This document shows positions 18,701 to 29,000 of a DNA stretch of 64,000 bases, piece after piece. Origin of the DNA: an uncultured virus (IMG/VR IMGVR_UViG_3300046007_007003) (Duplodnaviria; Heunggongvirae; Uroviricota; Caudoviricetes); IMG/VR virus record IMGVR_UViG_3300046007_007003. The stretch is one strand, 5' to 3'. The notes beneath the pieces are model-generated. The model did no database searches. It had not been told where the DNA came from and saw only the letters and a list, made by a program, of their open reading frames with translations. Within the stretch, counting starts at the first letter, position 1, and each line of letters starts with the position of its first letter. A program made the translations under genes and the position numbers.

Positions 18701-18834
18701 CCGACGCGCTCCATGCCTGCCGATGCCTCGGCCTCGGCCTGACCGACAGCGACTTCGGGAGCGGCCCTTTGCGGCTGCATCTGGGCAACGGGGCCCCCGG
18801 CTTGGCGAAAGAGAGGACGCTGGTAGACGTTCAT
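15706..18834 (-). CDS. Internal virion protein with tandem ~19-aa repeats
   Basis: 1042 aa; repeated TLSPGQxVV...G.VIA units. Confidence 0.6.
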   Translation of the reverse strand: MNVYQRPLFRQAGGPVAQMQPQRAAPEVAVGQAEAEASAGMERVGIDYLAQTMGGIDAATDAKGLIDALRGNSKPIEARYAELAQFVGEQDARQTPESVLALVQPTLMMTEQGAVDSGIGELMQNIVGQVEMETEGGAPTPMAGGVGSLMMAGAPQAEVGQPPVQNFRNGGLVQRFQVGGEAQGRLGQIYSEMLPVYQSVLGPGGSEEAKAQALFAIAQAAGQFAAGRGPQGEDLRGASPAAAFAANLGGLSGSLQQQAAARAQEERALRLAALQGAQQEYSAERAAARQSRAEADIKGIPMSVFGQLTPEEQRRVLFGSETAETVKGIPMSVFGQLTPEEQRGVLGLGAEAEKPVVLPSGAVLTDSSGNILAQNTTSTEKPLVLGVGEIAFDASGRQIAAGPAPDRKTVQLSAGESVIDAATGRMIASAPDRPQMVTLSPGQIVVNPSTGSVVAASPDRPQTLTLSPGQIVVDQNTGQTIAQGPAPQESTITLSPGQIVVNRQGQTLAEGPPLPAQTITLSPGQTVVNARTGEVIAASPDRPQTYTLSAGQVVKDAQGAVIAEGPPAEAKKHLLGPNQVLVDENNNVVAAGQVVRNVVTLSPGQKVIDQDTAEVIAEAPRAPLVLGEGAVAFDESGRLVAQNIKSSEPKTFTLSPGQTVYDEKGNVLVTNPKGEDARLLTVEGAVIDVSDPRNARVVYQTPTRELREVNNQLLLVDPVTKQAEVLFGAPPAQTPDYKVIRDNRTGLTTTIDATTEEGRAAIAKANADNASAGTTIVEVGNMPTDATPTAKAFLVGNRTYNSFDGGRTYVSETGVISPMPADAVPLSDTIAADVQKSARLRAAAGDQLDELNARLGRGLRAGDPGNPQPVSPEDQALVRNAAEAALNGTGPWSALASGMDSMLGGAIPALRETFQDTQENRQFLRAISVLGRSALVVNPRFPVAEMERVAELFPNPDVVWRNPRTEANKLVELKALAEEQLSANLTNLSEGRILDDATQMAVLANNHELERLLNLLAGVPRKGEGASSATVDSLRNFIRGQR

Positions 18835-19982
18835 CAGAAAAGCCCCGCTTTTTGAGCGCCCGCTGCCGCGGACAAGCCACTGATACCAAGACCGATAGCC
18901 GTCTGGAACGGCGAAACGGAGGGCGCTGTTGACGCCGTCATAACCGACGACGCCGTCGGGATGCCGGAGTAGATGTCGGACAGATACCCGTACTGCTGGA
19001 GCGGGAAGGTCTGCCGCTGGAGGTTCGACATCCGCACCGCTTCGAGTGCCGACTGGTTGATGCCCCTCTCCAGACCGCCCGCAGCGAGGGCATTCTGGAG
19101 TTGCGAGGACATGATGTTTTGGCCGATCTCGCCGATGCCAGCTTGCTGCACACCAAGCTGACCCATCTGCGTGCCAAACTGCCCGTACTGACCGGCGAGC
19201 GAGCCGATGCCCTGACCAAGCTGCCCGACAAGACCGACGCCGGTAAGTTGGCGACCAAGCGCCTGCTCGAAAGCCTGTTGAGCACGCTGCGCCGCAGACT
19301 CGTAACCGGCCGCACGCATCTGACCCGCCGTGCGGCCCTGCTGTTCAAGCACGTTCCGCTGGAGTTCCTGCTCGGCAATGGCCTGCCGAGAACCCCCAAA
19401 CGCCCCCTGCCCAACAGCTTGTGCCCGCACACCCTGCTGGGCAATGTCGCCAGAGCGCTGGATGTCCGACATGGCCTGCTGAACAGCCGCCGTCTCGTAG
19501 GGGTTCATAAACCCAGCGGCGCGCGTCGGGTCGAAGGTCGCCCCCGTACCAGCCAGCGAACTCAGACCCCCGCCGAGCGTGGCGATGCCCTGTTGCAGCG
19601 CAGGAACAGCCCCCGCCGTCAGGATGTTCTGACCGCCCTGAATGGCCGCTTCGCCCGCCGACAGAAACGGCTGGAACGCCCCAATGCCCCCGCGCGCGGC
19701 AGCAATCGCTTCCCGCTCCGCGCCAGACATAGGGGCAATGCGGTAGTCCAGTTGTTCCGGATACCCGCGCTCAATCGCCCCCGGCACTCGCTCGGTCTTG
19801 GGAAGACCCGTGACAGGGTCCATGACGGGCTGTCCGGACGCATCCAGAACAGGGCGGTCAAACCCCCGGAAGTAGGTCGACACGTCGCGCAGAAGGCCAC
19901 GACGTAGCGCCTCAACCTCGGGATCGACACGGCTGATCTGTGTCGAAACTTGGCCCGCGTAACTCGGATCGGTGACGGCCAT
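18834..19982 (-). CDS. Gln/Gly/Ala-rich ejection (DNA transfer) protein
   Basis: FMNPY..., GAFGGSR motifs typical of podovirus ejection proteins. Confidence 0.6.
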   Translation of the reverse strand: MAVTDPSYAGQVSTQISRVDPEVEALRRGLLRDVSTYFRGFDRPVLDASGQPVMDPVTGLPKTERVPGAIERGYPEQLDYRIAPMSGAEREAIAAARGGIGAFQPFLSAGEAAIQGGQNILTAGAVPALQQGIATLGGGLSSLAGTGATFDPTRAAGFMNPYETAAVQQAMSDIQRSGDIAQQGVRAQAVGQGAFGGSRQAIAEQELQRNVLEQQGRTAGQMRAAGYESAAQRAQQAFEQALGRQLTGVGLVGQLGQGIGSLAGQYGQFGTQMGQLGVQQAGIGEIGQNIMSSQLQNALAAGGLERGINQSALEAVRMSNLQRQTFPLQQYGYLSDIYSGIPTASSVMTASTAPSVSPFQTAIGLGISGLSAAAGAQKAGLF

Positions 19983-21262
19983 CAGACGGCTCCCCCTTCA
20001 AAAGCGCGCATCATCTGGTACATCTTGCGCACTCCTTTTTCCCTGCTTCCGTTTCCAGCGCCACGAACAGCGCGGGCCGTCATCACAAACTCACCGTCCG
20101 AAAGCATGGCCGGGATACTATCTGAGGTGCCCGTCCCGGGCCCAGCAATCGCACCCGTCTTGCGGGGGAAGTTCATCGGGCCACCCTTGGCCGCATACTG
20201 CGGGGACAGGTACATGCTGTAAAAGTCCGTTGGCGGCGCTATGATGTCCGAGGGGCTTACAAAGGTGGGCGCTGGAGCAACCCCGACGCGCGCCGCTTCG
20301 ATCTCTTCCTCCGTCGGCGGACGGAACGGAGACTCGGCCTTGACGGACGGCGTTTCAAACGCACCCAGTGCGCCCGCAGCCAATGTGCCCGCCGCGATCA
20401 GCGGACCGTAATTCCTCAGAGCTGAAGGCGTTGCCATCTCCAGCGCCTTTTCGGCGGAGATCGTCAGGCCGCGGTCCGCGAAGCTCTTTGTGATTTCCGC
20501 GGCCCGCGTTGCGACGGCCTCGGGGGCCGTGCTCTGCGGCAGCAGGCGCTCGAAGAAACCGCGTTCGGCCTGCGGTGCTGCACCTGCGGGAGTCGCCGCG
20601 GCGCTTAGAACAGGAGCCTCTGGCCGGAAGGCCGCAGGAAGCCCTGCCTTCACGCCCTCCATGAAGCCCTGACCGCTCAAAGCCCCGCTGACGCCAGAGT
20701 AAAGACCACCCATCGCGCCGCCGAGCAGCGCATTCTTCAGGGCATCCTTCGCGCTTCCGCCTTGAACAAGCGTGCCGATACCGGCGCCGAGCGCACCGGA
20801 AGCAATCGAACCGAGACCCGGGAACAGCGCATTCAGCGCCACCGGCAGGATGACCGTGGCCGCGCGCTTGAACAGATTCTTGATGCCAGAGATGAGCTTC
20901 TTGAGAAAGAACTCCCGCTGGCCCGTGTATGGGTTGATCGAGTTCGACGGGCTACCGACAACATAGGCGTCAGGGTCGGCACCCTCCTCCGCAATCGCTT
21001 CGCGGATCATGCCCATCATCTGCGGGTTCTTTTCCGCAACCTCGCGAGGAACCATGACTTCGCGTTCGGAGGCGTGGACAACGTAGCTGTCCCCGTTGCG
21101 GCCCATCTGGGCCATCCGATTGCCAATGTCTGAAAACGAGTTGATACCGGCCGGGGCACCGAATGCCAGCACGTTGTCGTCAATCTCGTCCATGTTGGAA
21201 GTCAGAAACGATCCGATGCCCCCCATGGGCATCTCGATCACGCGCTGGCCGGAAGTTTGCAT
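19982..21262 (-). CDS. Internal virion protein
   Basis: GRNGDS..H, SINPYTGQREF, GPGTGTSDSIPAMLSDGEFV motifs; hydrophobic segment. Confidence 0.65.
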   Translation of the reverse strand: MQTSGQRVIEMPMGGIGSFLTSNMDEIDDNVLAFGAPAGINSFSDIGNRMAQMGRNGDSYVVHASEREVMVPREVAEKNPQMMGMIREAIAEEGADPDAYVVGSPSNSINPYTGQREFFLKKLISGIKNLFKRAATVILPVALNALFPGLGSIASGALGAGIGTLVQGGSAKDALKNALLGGAMGGLYSGVSGALSGQGFMEGVKAGLPAAFRPEAPVLSAAATPAGAAPQAERGFFERLLPQSTAPEAVATRAAEITKSFADRGLTISAEKALEMATPSALRNYGPLIAAGTLAAGALGAFETPSVKAESPFRPPTEEEIEAARVGVAPAPTFVSPSDIIAPPTDFYSMYLSPQYAAKGGPMNFPRKTGAIAGPGTGTSDSIPAMLSDGEFVMTARAVRGAGNGSREKGVRKMYQMMRAFEGGAV

Positions 21263-21362
21263 CCGCTCGTCCCTCTGTCGATGCTGGCGCAGACGATAGA
21301 TTCGGTGCTGCGAGGCCCGGCGCCGAGGACGGCGTGTCAGCCGCTATGCGGCGTATGACGGC

Positions 21363-21391
21363 ACTTTAGCAGAAGTCGTTTTGGGTTTCCA
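21363..21391 (-). promoter_or_regulatory. Candidate promoter upstream of the internal virion genes
   Basis: TGGAAA, 17 nt, TAAAGT with a TG extended -10. Confidence 0.4.
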
Positions 21392-21394
21392 TAC

Positions 21395-21691
21395 TTAGGT
21401 AATGCTTACCGTCACGCTGCCCACGGAGCCGGTGGCCGATACCCCTCGGACATGCGGCGTGTTCGATTCGCTGATCTTGAGGTAGCCGCCGTGGTTGAAC
21501 ACCGTCCCCGGCTCAACCCCGACATCATCCGTTTGCAGCGCCGTCAGGACAATGAAGGTATTCCGCCCCTCACCCGGATTCTGCATTTGCTCAAGATATA
21601 CGGAGAACGACCGCACGACCTCTTGGATGTACCACTGTTGGTAATCTGCGGGCGGAACCGGGAAGAACGGTCTGACGAGATTGCGGCTCAT
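21395..21691 (-). CDS. Small tail-associated protein
   Basis: ATG overlaps the upstream stop; ends ATGSVGSVTVSIT like other structural ORFs here. Confidence 0.65.
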   Translation of the reverse strand: MSRNLVRPFFPVPPADYQQWYIQEVVRSFSVYLEQMQNPGEGRNTFIVLTALQTDDVGVEPGTVFNHGGYLKISESNTPHVRGVSATGSVGSVTVSIT

Positions 21692-23805
21692 CGCATGCCA
21701 TCCGGCTGAACTTCGACACGCGGAGAGCCCAGCCGCCACGTCACCCCAAGCCCGTCGCTGTCGATGCGGAAGGCGAAGGACCGACCTCGCAACCGCACGA
21801 ACACCTGATTGGTGAACTGCTCAATCGGGATGCTGGCCGTCTTGGTGACGTTCTGCGAGTCCGTTTGCAGGTAAGTTCCACCGGGAAAGTTGCGCGTCTT
21901 GAGCGTGAACGTGGCCATCGGAGATGCGGCAGTGCTGTCTCGGAAAGTCAAGTCCGGGATCAGACGGCGCAGGAACACAAACTGGTCCCCCTCTGCGATG
22001 CTCATCTGAGAACTTTCGATGTAGGCCGCGATGGGCAACGCAGGCTCCACGCTGCCGTCGTCGAAACCCGTCTCGTGGAAGTAGAGCGAGTGGTCCGTGG
22101 ACGCAGCAACGGGAATCGCCTCGACCCCACGGTCGAGCCAGCAGGTGCGCGAGAGCGTGCCGTAGTACCAGACCTGCTGCTGGTAGTTGAACACGACATA
22201 GCGGTCGCACTCGTCGCTGTTGGCGCTGGGGTAGAACCACCAGACCTCGGAGAACGCCGTGTTGGTTGCCGCCGTCACCTTCTCCATCTGGTCTGTGTTC
22301 ATGTTGCTGAAGACGTAGTCACGCACCGTGCAGGGGAGAACCTGCACCGCACCTGTGTAGATGTAGAACTCCTCTTGTCCCATCCAGAAGACGTTGTCCT
22401 CGACCGCAATCGCAGCCAGCGGACCCGCGATGGTGACATTCTCAGAGATCGTGTTGATCCCGAAGGTGAATGGCGGACCAAGGAACTGCATCGCATAGAG
22501 CGACGTGTCCGTGAACACCACGATCTGCTGGCGCGTTTCGATGGCGTTGACGATCTGCGATCCAGATCCGAGGCGCAAGTCCCCTGCTGTGTTGGTCGCG
22601 GTCGCAGCCCAGTCCGTCACGCTTTCTTGGCTGGAGAACCGGATGAGCAACGGATCCTGTGTGCCGATGGCGCCCTCGGGGTCGCAGCCGAAGGCGATGA
22701 CGTGCCGGTCGCGGTCAGACACCAGCACCTTCTTGGCGATGGTCGGCGCAGCATTCGCACCCGCCAACGCACTCAAGGCCACGGCCCGCGTGCTCAGGCT
22801 GTTGGTCTTGTCCCAATAGTAAATGCCGCCGTCTCGGACGTTGATGAGCAGGTCCTCGCCGAAGTTGTCGTGCGACCAGATGCGCAGCGTCTGGCCCGCG
22901 ACGTTCAGCGCAAAGCCCGAGCCCCACGTTCCTCGGCTCCATGATCCTGCACCCCAGCCGTTGCCGGTGATGGTGGTGTCGAGGCCCGTGTTGATCTGAT
23001 AGGTGCCGACGACACTCGCCCCGCCACTGCCGCTGTCGCTGGACGTCGCAAACACATAGGTCGAGTTGATGCCGCTCGACGTCGTGATGCTGGAAATGGT
23101 GCTGACGGTCCGCGCTTCGATCTGGTAAGTGTTGGAGTTGACGACAGCCGTGATCTGGTATTCCTGATTCAGCACGTTGGCCGTGATCTGATCACCAAGC
23201 GTCGAGGCCCCGGAGAAGGTCACGAAGTCGTTGTCCAGCGCGCCGTGGTTTGCGTCCGTCACCGTCAGCGTCGCGCACGTCACCGCGTCCGTAGACGAAT
23301 GCGCCGCCGCCGTGGTGCCATTCTGCCCCCGCAGGCACCCAACCAGATTGTTTCCTGAAACGGCTGCGTAGGTGATGATCTCGCTGTTGATCTTGATCCG
23401 ACCGCCGGACGTGGGAAAGTTCGTCGTACTGGTCAGCGGGATTGTCGTGTCGCCAATGGCTACATTGGCGGAGAGCGTGTTCGCAGCCGCCTGAAACGTC
23501 ACGTCCCCCGCCGTCGTCGTCGCTCGGATCGGCGTGATGTCGTTGTATGCACCGCCCTCGTTGATGTAGTACTTGAGGTGCGTGCCAACACCCAAGTACC
23601 GGTCCCCGCCCAGCGAAACCCACGGGTGCAGCGCCCGGCACGTCCCCAGAAAGTAGGTGGCAGAGGTCTTCAGCCAGCCGCCGATCTTCTCCGGCAGACC
23701 AAACCGAAAGCGCACCTTGTCGATGTCAAACCACCCGCCTTCGTTCGTATAGGAGGTGGTCTCTCGGTTCACGCCGGGGCGAAACTGGAGTTTGGCTAAC
23801 GGCAT
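21688..23805 (-). CDS. Tail nozzle / stabilization (P22 gp10-like) protein
   Basis: 705 aa beta-rich; GGW..DKVRFRFG.PEKIGGW N-terminus, DGMR end. Confidence 0.65.
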   Translation of the reverse strand: MPLAKLQFRPGVNRETTSYTNEGGWFDIDKVRFRFGLPEKIGGWLKTSATYFLGTCRALHPWVSLGGDRYLGVGTHLKYYINEGGAYNDITPIRATTTAGDVTFQAAANTLSANVAIGDTTIPLTSTTNFPTSGGRIKINSEIITYAAVSGNNLVGCLRGQNGTTAAAHSSTDAVTCATLTVTDANHGALDNDFVTFSGASTLGDQITANVLNQEYQITAVVNSNTYQIEARTVSTISSITTSSGINSTYVFATSSDSGSGGASVVGTYQINTGLDTTITGNGWGAGSWSRGTWGSGFALNVAGQTLRIWSHDNFGEDLLINVRDGGIYYWDKTNSLSTRAVALSALAGANAAPTIAKKVLVSDRDRHVIAFGCDPEGAIGTQDPLLIRFSSQESVTDWAATATNTAGDLRLGSGSQIVNAIETRQQIVVFTDTSLYAMQFLGPPFTFGINTISENVTIAGPLAAIAVEDNVFWMGQEEFYIYTGAVQVLPCTVRDYVFSNMNTDQMEKVTAATNTAFSEVWWFYPSANSDECDRYVVFNYQQQVWYYGTLSRTCWLDRGVEAIPVAASTDHSLYFHETGFDDGSVEPALPIAAYIESSQMSIAEGDQFVFLRRLIPDLTFRDSTAASPMATFTLKTRNFPGGTYLQTDSQNVTKTASIPIEQFTNQVFVRLRGRSFAFRIDSDGLGVTWRLGSPRVEVQPDGMR

Positions 23806-23836
23806 ACCGGGGCCTCGGTTGCTGGGTGGCTACACT

Positions 23837-24607
23837 TTACCCCGAATTGATGTCCTCGGGAAGATGGCTCTCAGCGCGCTCGATGTCATCCTCGACACAG
23901 CGCTCGCCGTACTGGATCTCGATGACCCGGAGCGGAGTCGTACCGGGGTTGTGCAGACAATGCCACGAACCGACGCCTATTTCTACACTGTCGTGAGGGG
24001 CAAGGTCCAAGAGCACACCCTCGACGTACACCTGACCTTGGCCCTCGGCGACGTGCCAATGCTCGGAGCGGTAAGCGTGGCGCTGCATACTCAGCTTCTG
24101 CTGCGGCTCGACCACCAGTTCCTTGACCTTCACCCCCGGTGCCTCGTGCAGCACTCGGTAGTGGCCCCACAACCGCTCTGTTGTCGGCGCCTGCCATTCC
24201 TGCAAGATCCACGAGGACGAGTTCAGCTTCTCCTCGCCGCCGACGCCGAAGACGAACGTGACGCCACGGGCGGTCATCTCCGGGATGTTGTCCCGCGTCC
24301 TGTCGCCGCCGTTGGCAAAGATCAGGCGGTCCTCCGGGTGCAGCGCCCGGACATCCTCGATCAGCTTGCACGCCGTCCCGTCGCTGTCGTCGAACGAGAC
24401 GGCCGCGTCCACGCAGCCCAGCGCGCGGATGACCGCGAGCCGCTCCTTCAGCGGCATGAAGAAGCGGCCCTTCTTCGTGATGAGCCACGCGTCCGAGTTG
24501 ACGCCCACCACCAGCCTGTCGCCCAGCTTCGCCGCCGCTTGCAGATATGCGATGTGGCCCGAGTGCAGAGGATCGAAGCCGCCCGAGACGATGACCGTTC
24601 TAGGCAT
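23837..24607 (-). CDS. HxGH nucleotidyltransferase fused to a mannose-6-phosphate isomerase-type cupin
   Basis: SGGFDPLHSGH, FANGGDR, EKLNSSS; LSMQRHAYRSEHW, WHCL.NPG..PL.VIEIQYG...EDDIER. Confidence 0.85.
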   Translation of the reverse strand: MPRTVIVSGGFDPLHSGHIAYLQAAAKLGDRLVVGVNSDAWLITKKGRFFMPLKERLAVIRALGCVDAAVSFDDSDGTACKLIEDVRALHPEDRLIFANGGDRTRDNIPEMTARGVTFVFGVGGEEKLNSSSWILQEWQAPTTERLWGHYRVLHEAPGVKVKELVVEPQQKLSMQRHAYRSEHWHVAEGQGQVYVEGVLLDLAPHDSVEIGVGSWHCLHNPGTTPLRVIEIQYGERCVEDDIERAESHLPEDINSG

Positions 24608-24962
24608 AGGACTTCTCCTCGATGAGCGCCGAGCCGGTGGCCTCATTAATCCGACGCTTGATCTCGGCGCGTCGGTCGTTGGTGATGTAGACCGCACGGG
24701 CAAGTTCGATGAACTCGGCGTCGAACTCTTGGCGCTTTTCCTTCTCCCGCAGGCGGTCTTCGATTTCCCAGAGGGACTTGTTCACCGCAAGCAGGTCGGC
24801 TTCATAGGCTGGGCTGCGGTAGCCCCGTGCGGCATCTGTGAGATGCTCGAGTTCCTTCCGCACGTTCGCCAGCTTGCTCGCGTCGGTGATGCGCTCAGAC
24901 TTGATCTGAAGGATGCTGATCTTGTCCAGCACCTCACCGACGCTCACAGGAACCTCAAGCAT
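24600..24962 (-). CDS. DUF6165-like protein
   Basis: VSVGEVLDKISILQIK...LWEIED.LR...FIELARAVY.TND.RA.IK..IN...EEKSY. Confidence 0.75.
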   Translation of the reverse strand: MLEVPVSVGEVLDKISILQIKSERITDASKLANVRKELEHLTDAARGYRSPAYEADLLAVNKSLWEIEDRLREKEKRQEFDAEFIELARAVYITNDRRAEIKRRINEATGSALIEEKSYA

Positions 24963-25161
24963 GGGCAGCGATGGCGTCGTTGAACGGCTTGAGATCGTAG
25001 CCCGCAGGCCAGTCCTTCGCCACGATGATCTTGAGATGATCGACGTTGCGCTGGACGGTGCCCGCCCAGTCCTCATCGCTGTCGCCAGCGGGCTTGCCCT
25101 TGTTGAGCAGGTTGACGCTGTCCATCGCAGCGTTGTAGGTGCCTTGCCAGTTCTCTTCCAT
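24955..25161 (-). CDS. Small hypothetical protein (possible fibre assembly factor)
   Basis: 68 aa with GGAG RBS; AAMDSVNL...RNVDHLKI. Confidence 0.65.
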   Translation of the reverse strand: MEENWQGTYNAAMDSVNLLNKGKPAGDSDEDWAGTVQRNVDHLKIIVAKDWPAGYDLKPFNDAIAAHA

Positions 25162-25170
25162 GTTCGACTC

Positions 25171-26076
25171 CTAAGCGGTTAGACAGTAGACGTTGACGGG
25201 CTTGCCTTTGCCCTTCGTCGTCAGTTTCAGATATGCCTCAACGACGGTCTCCGGATCAACCATCACGTTGCGCGGATCGCTGTCGCTGAAGCGGCTTTCG
25301 TCCCACTTGCCCTTCATGTGGAAGTGCAAGTTGATGTTGTGGCCGTAGCCGAATTGCGTCCACCGCGTGCTGCCCCAGATGACAACTCCGGGCTTCTGCG
25401 CGCTGGCCGAGAAGTGTTGCAGGCTGCTGTCGATGCCGACGAAGCCTTCTGCGCGCTTGAGCAGTTCGTGGACCACGGCCCAATGCTCGGTGCACTTGAT
25501 GCTGCCAGCAAAGGCAGGCTCGTTGGGCAGCGTGCAGTCGATGATGGCGACGTTGGGCATCGCAGCCTTGAGTGCCGAGATGACCTGCTGTGCCAGATAG
25601 GGCGGATAGTTTCGGCCCGGATTGTGGCTGGCGTAGTGGTTGTTCGGAGACCAGCCGACAGGGGTCTGGCCGCCGCTGAACTGCACCATCATGTATTTGC
25701 CGGTAATGCCGTTCTTTTCCAGAAAGTCAGTGGCCCGATCTCTCAAATGCCCCGTATATAGCTTCGGAGCCATAGTCGGCTCGTAGGCCACGCCGAAGAG
25801 TTCGCAGTAGGACTCGATCAGGTGCTGCTTGCCCAGCGCGAAGTTCGACTTGTAGGGCTCGCAGTAGAAGATGTTGTCCGAGCGCATGATGCGCGGATCG
25901 GCAAGCGGCAGCGACTGCTCGTAGGCCATCTCCACATCAGGGTTGAAGGCGAAGCAGTCGATGTAGGGCGTGTAGATTTGGATCGGCTGTCCTGCCTTCT
26001 CGGCCAGCTTAGGGATCAGGGCTGTGAAGGCGGTGCACTTTCCGATGCCGCCTTCGATGACGTAGGTGTTAAGCAT
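25171..26076 (-). CDS. GT-B glycosyltransferase (GT9 / heptosyltransferase-like)
   Basis: IEGGIGK N-terminus; FVGIDSSLQHFSA...GVVIWGST...FGY. Confidence 0.75.
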   Translation of the reverse strand: MLNTYVIEGGIGKCTAFTALIPKLAEKAGQPIQIYTPYIDCFAFNPDVEMAYEQSLPLADPRIMRSDNIFYCEPYKSNFALGKQHLIESYCELFGVAYEPTMAPKLYTGHLRDRATDFLEKNGITGKYMMVQFSGGQTPVGWSPNNHYASHNPGRNYPPYLAQQVISALKAAMPNVAIIDCTLPNEPAFAGSIKCTEHWAVVHELLKRAEGFVGIDSSLQHFSASAQKPGVVIWGSTRWTQFGYGHNINLHFHMKGKWDESRFSDSDPRNVMVDPETVVEAYLKLTTKGKGKPVNVYCLTA

Positions 26077-29000
26077 TCTCCAGCGCCTCCAAGCGCGCGG
26101 TCAGGGCATCGACCTGAGCCGATAGGTCTTGTATCGCCTTCACCAGCACCGGGATCAAGTGCGCTTCGGTGTATTGCAGCTTGTCCGGGTTGTCGGCGCT
26201 GATGATGACGGGGTTATCACCTTCGAGCGGCAGGACTTCTTGTGCAAGGAAGCCGTAGCGGCGCTTGCCGTCTGTCTCGTCGCTCTCGCGGCCCTTGCGG
26301 AACTGATACTCGGTCGGCTTGAGAGCGCGCACAAAGTCCAGCCCGTGCGCGATGGGGCGGAAGCATGTCTTATCGCGGCAGTCCGATGTAGCCGTCCACG
26401 CGATCTTGATGAGAGCGCAAGTGTGGTCGTCATTCCCCATGACGATATAGTTGCTCTCGGTGGTGATGTTGCAGATGCCTGCGGGCGTAGAGCCTGTGCG
26501 GCCTGCGTTGCGCCCGATGCCGATGTTGTTGTTGCCTGTGGCATTGAAGAATGCCGCACTGCCGATGGCGACGTTGTTAGATCCGGTTACAACCGCGCCA
26601 AGGGCTGAGTTACCAACGGCGACGTTTTGGCACCCTGTTGTGTTGCAGGACATCACAGAACTGCCTAATGCCGAGTTGTTAGGCCCTGTTGTAGTTACAT
26701 TAAGCGCAGCGTTGCCGACAGCCACATTGCCATCTGCTGTTGTACTAGAGGAAAGTGCCGATCTCCCAAGCGCAGTATTACCCGTACCTGTCGTGCTAGA
26801 GGTTAGTGCGCCTTGCCCTGTTGCTGTGTTATTACATCCCGTCGTATTCAGCCTCAGACTGCAAGCCCCAACCGCCGTATTACTCGTCCCCGTCGTCGTA
26901 CACAGCGCAGCCTGAAAGCCCACAGCCACGTTGTTCATGTCAGCGTTGCCGACAGGGTTTTGGTTGCGGAGGGCGTCGTGGCCCACAGCAGTAGACTGAT
27001 CCCCGGCGACGTTTTCGCGAAGGGCGTTGCAGCCAACAGCTATGTTCAATACGCCTGTGGTGTTGCAGCGAGATGCGCTAACACCCAGCCCGATGTTGTC
27101 GTTGCCCGTAGTGTTGCAAAGCAACGATTGAAAACCAAGAGCCGTGTTGCAGCACCCTGTTGTGTTAAGCTGAAGCGCACTCAGGCCAATCGCGGTGTTG
27201 TTTAGCCCGGTGGTGTTACATTGAAGGGCAAAAGTGCCGAGAGCGGCGTTGTTGTTACCTGTTGTGTTAGACTGAAGCGCTTGCGCCCCAACAACCGTAT
27301 TACACACCCCCGTCGTCGTGCACAACGCAGCCTGAAAGCCTACGGCTACGTTGTTCATGTCGGCGTTGCCGACAGGGTTTTGGTTGCGGAGGGCGTCACG
27401 ACCGACGGCCACACTCTGGTCGCCTTCGACGTTAAGCGCGAGTGCTTCCCTACCTACGGCGACGTTGTGGATGCCCGTAGTGTTGCAGAAGAGCGCGCAA
27501 AAGCCAACAGCCACAAGATCGGGCGCAGTTGTATTGCTGCACAACGCATTAGCCCCAACCGCGACGTTGTTGCCGCCTGTGGTATTGTTGAATAGTGCTT
27601 GATATCCGATTCCCGTATTGAAAGACGCTGTGGTGTTGCACTGAAGCGCGCTAATACCAAATGCGCTGTTGTTGCCGCCGGTTGTGTTGCCGTTGAGGGC
27701 GTTTACGCCGACACCTGTGTTTGCGCAACCCGTGCTGTTATTGAGAAGGGCAAAGCGGCCTAATGCTGAGTTGTTAATACCTGTGGTGTTAGCACCTAAT
27801 GCCTGCAAGCCTACAGCGGTGTTCTGGCAACCTGTGTTGTTCAGCCTCAGACTGCAAGCACCCACCGCAGTATTGCTGGCCCCCGTCGTCGTAGCACAGG
27901 CAGCCTGAAAGCCTACGGCGACGTTGTTCATGTCTACGTTGCCGACGGGGTTTTGGTTTAGAAGCGCGGAGTGGCCGACGGCTACGGAGTTGTCGCCTTC
28001 TTGGTTAGCGCAGAGGGCATCACGTCCTACGGCCACGTTAAAGACGCCAACAGTATTTGAACAAAGGGTGTTATTACCCACAGCTACGTTTTGATTCCCT
28101 GTAGTGTTATTCCGAAGTGCTGCAGACCCGATAGCTGTGTTGAAGTTGCCTGTTGTATTCGCCGCCAGCGCGCAATGACCAGCCGCGACCCCAAAACAAC
28201 CGCTCGTATTCGCCGACAACGCACAAGCCCCAACCGCTGTATTGTTTGCCCCAGTCAGCCCAGCATCATCCAGCGCCGCATCCCCCAGCGCCACGTTCCC
28301 CGAGCCAACAGGATAGTTCCCGTCCAGCTTGATCGTGCCGCCGTCGAACGAGACGTTCCCCGTCGCCGTGAGCGTCGTGAACGTACCAGCAGCGGCTGTG
28401 CCGCCACCGATAGTGGTGCCGTCAATCGTCCCGCCGTTGATGTCAACGGTTGTGACCGTGCCTAAATTGGCAATCGTTCCACTAAAACTCTGTCCATTGC
28501 TTGTGACTGTTCCCCCCAGCGTAAATGCAGGCAGGGTCCATGTCGCCGCCGCTGTCCACGTTCCGCCCGCTGCAATCGGGCCATTTATAGTCCCCGTTGC
28601 TTGCGTCGTCCCGTCAATCGTCCCGCCGTTGATGTCCACCTTCGAGATGTCCACCTCGCCCGTCCCATTCGGCGTCAGCGCGATGTTGCCGTTGGTGTTC
28701 GTGGACGAGATCGTATTGCCATCAAGCCGCAGGTTGTCCACGTTGACGATAGTGGCAGCAACGCTATTGCCAATCGAAACGCCGTCAATCGTCCCGCCGT
28801 TGATGTCCGTCGTCGTCAGTACCGACGACCCAATCGTCATGACCCCGGTCGAATCCGCAATCGTCGCCGACGCCGTCCCGTCCTTCGCCTTGATGTTCGT
28901 GACCTCAAGGTTCGTCATGTCAAACGTCGTCGCGTTGACCGTCGTCGCGTTGACCGTCGTCGCCGACAGCGTCCCAATGGTCGCCGCATCCAGCGCCAGA

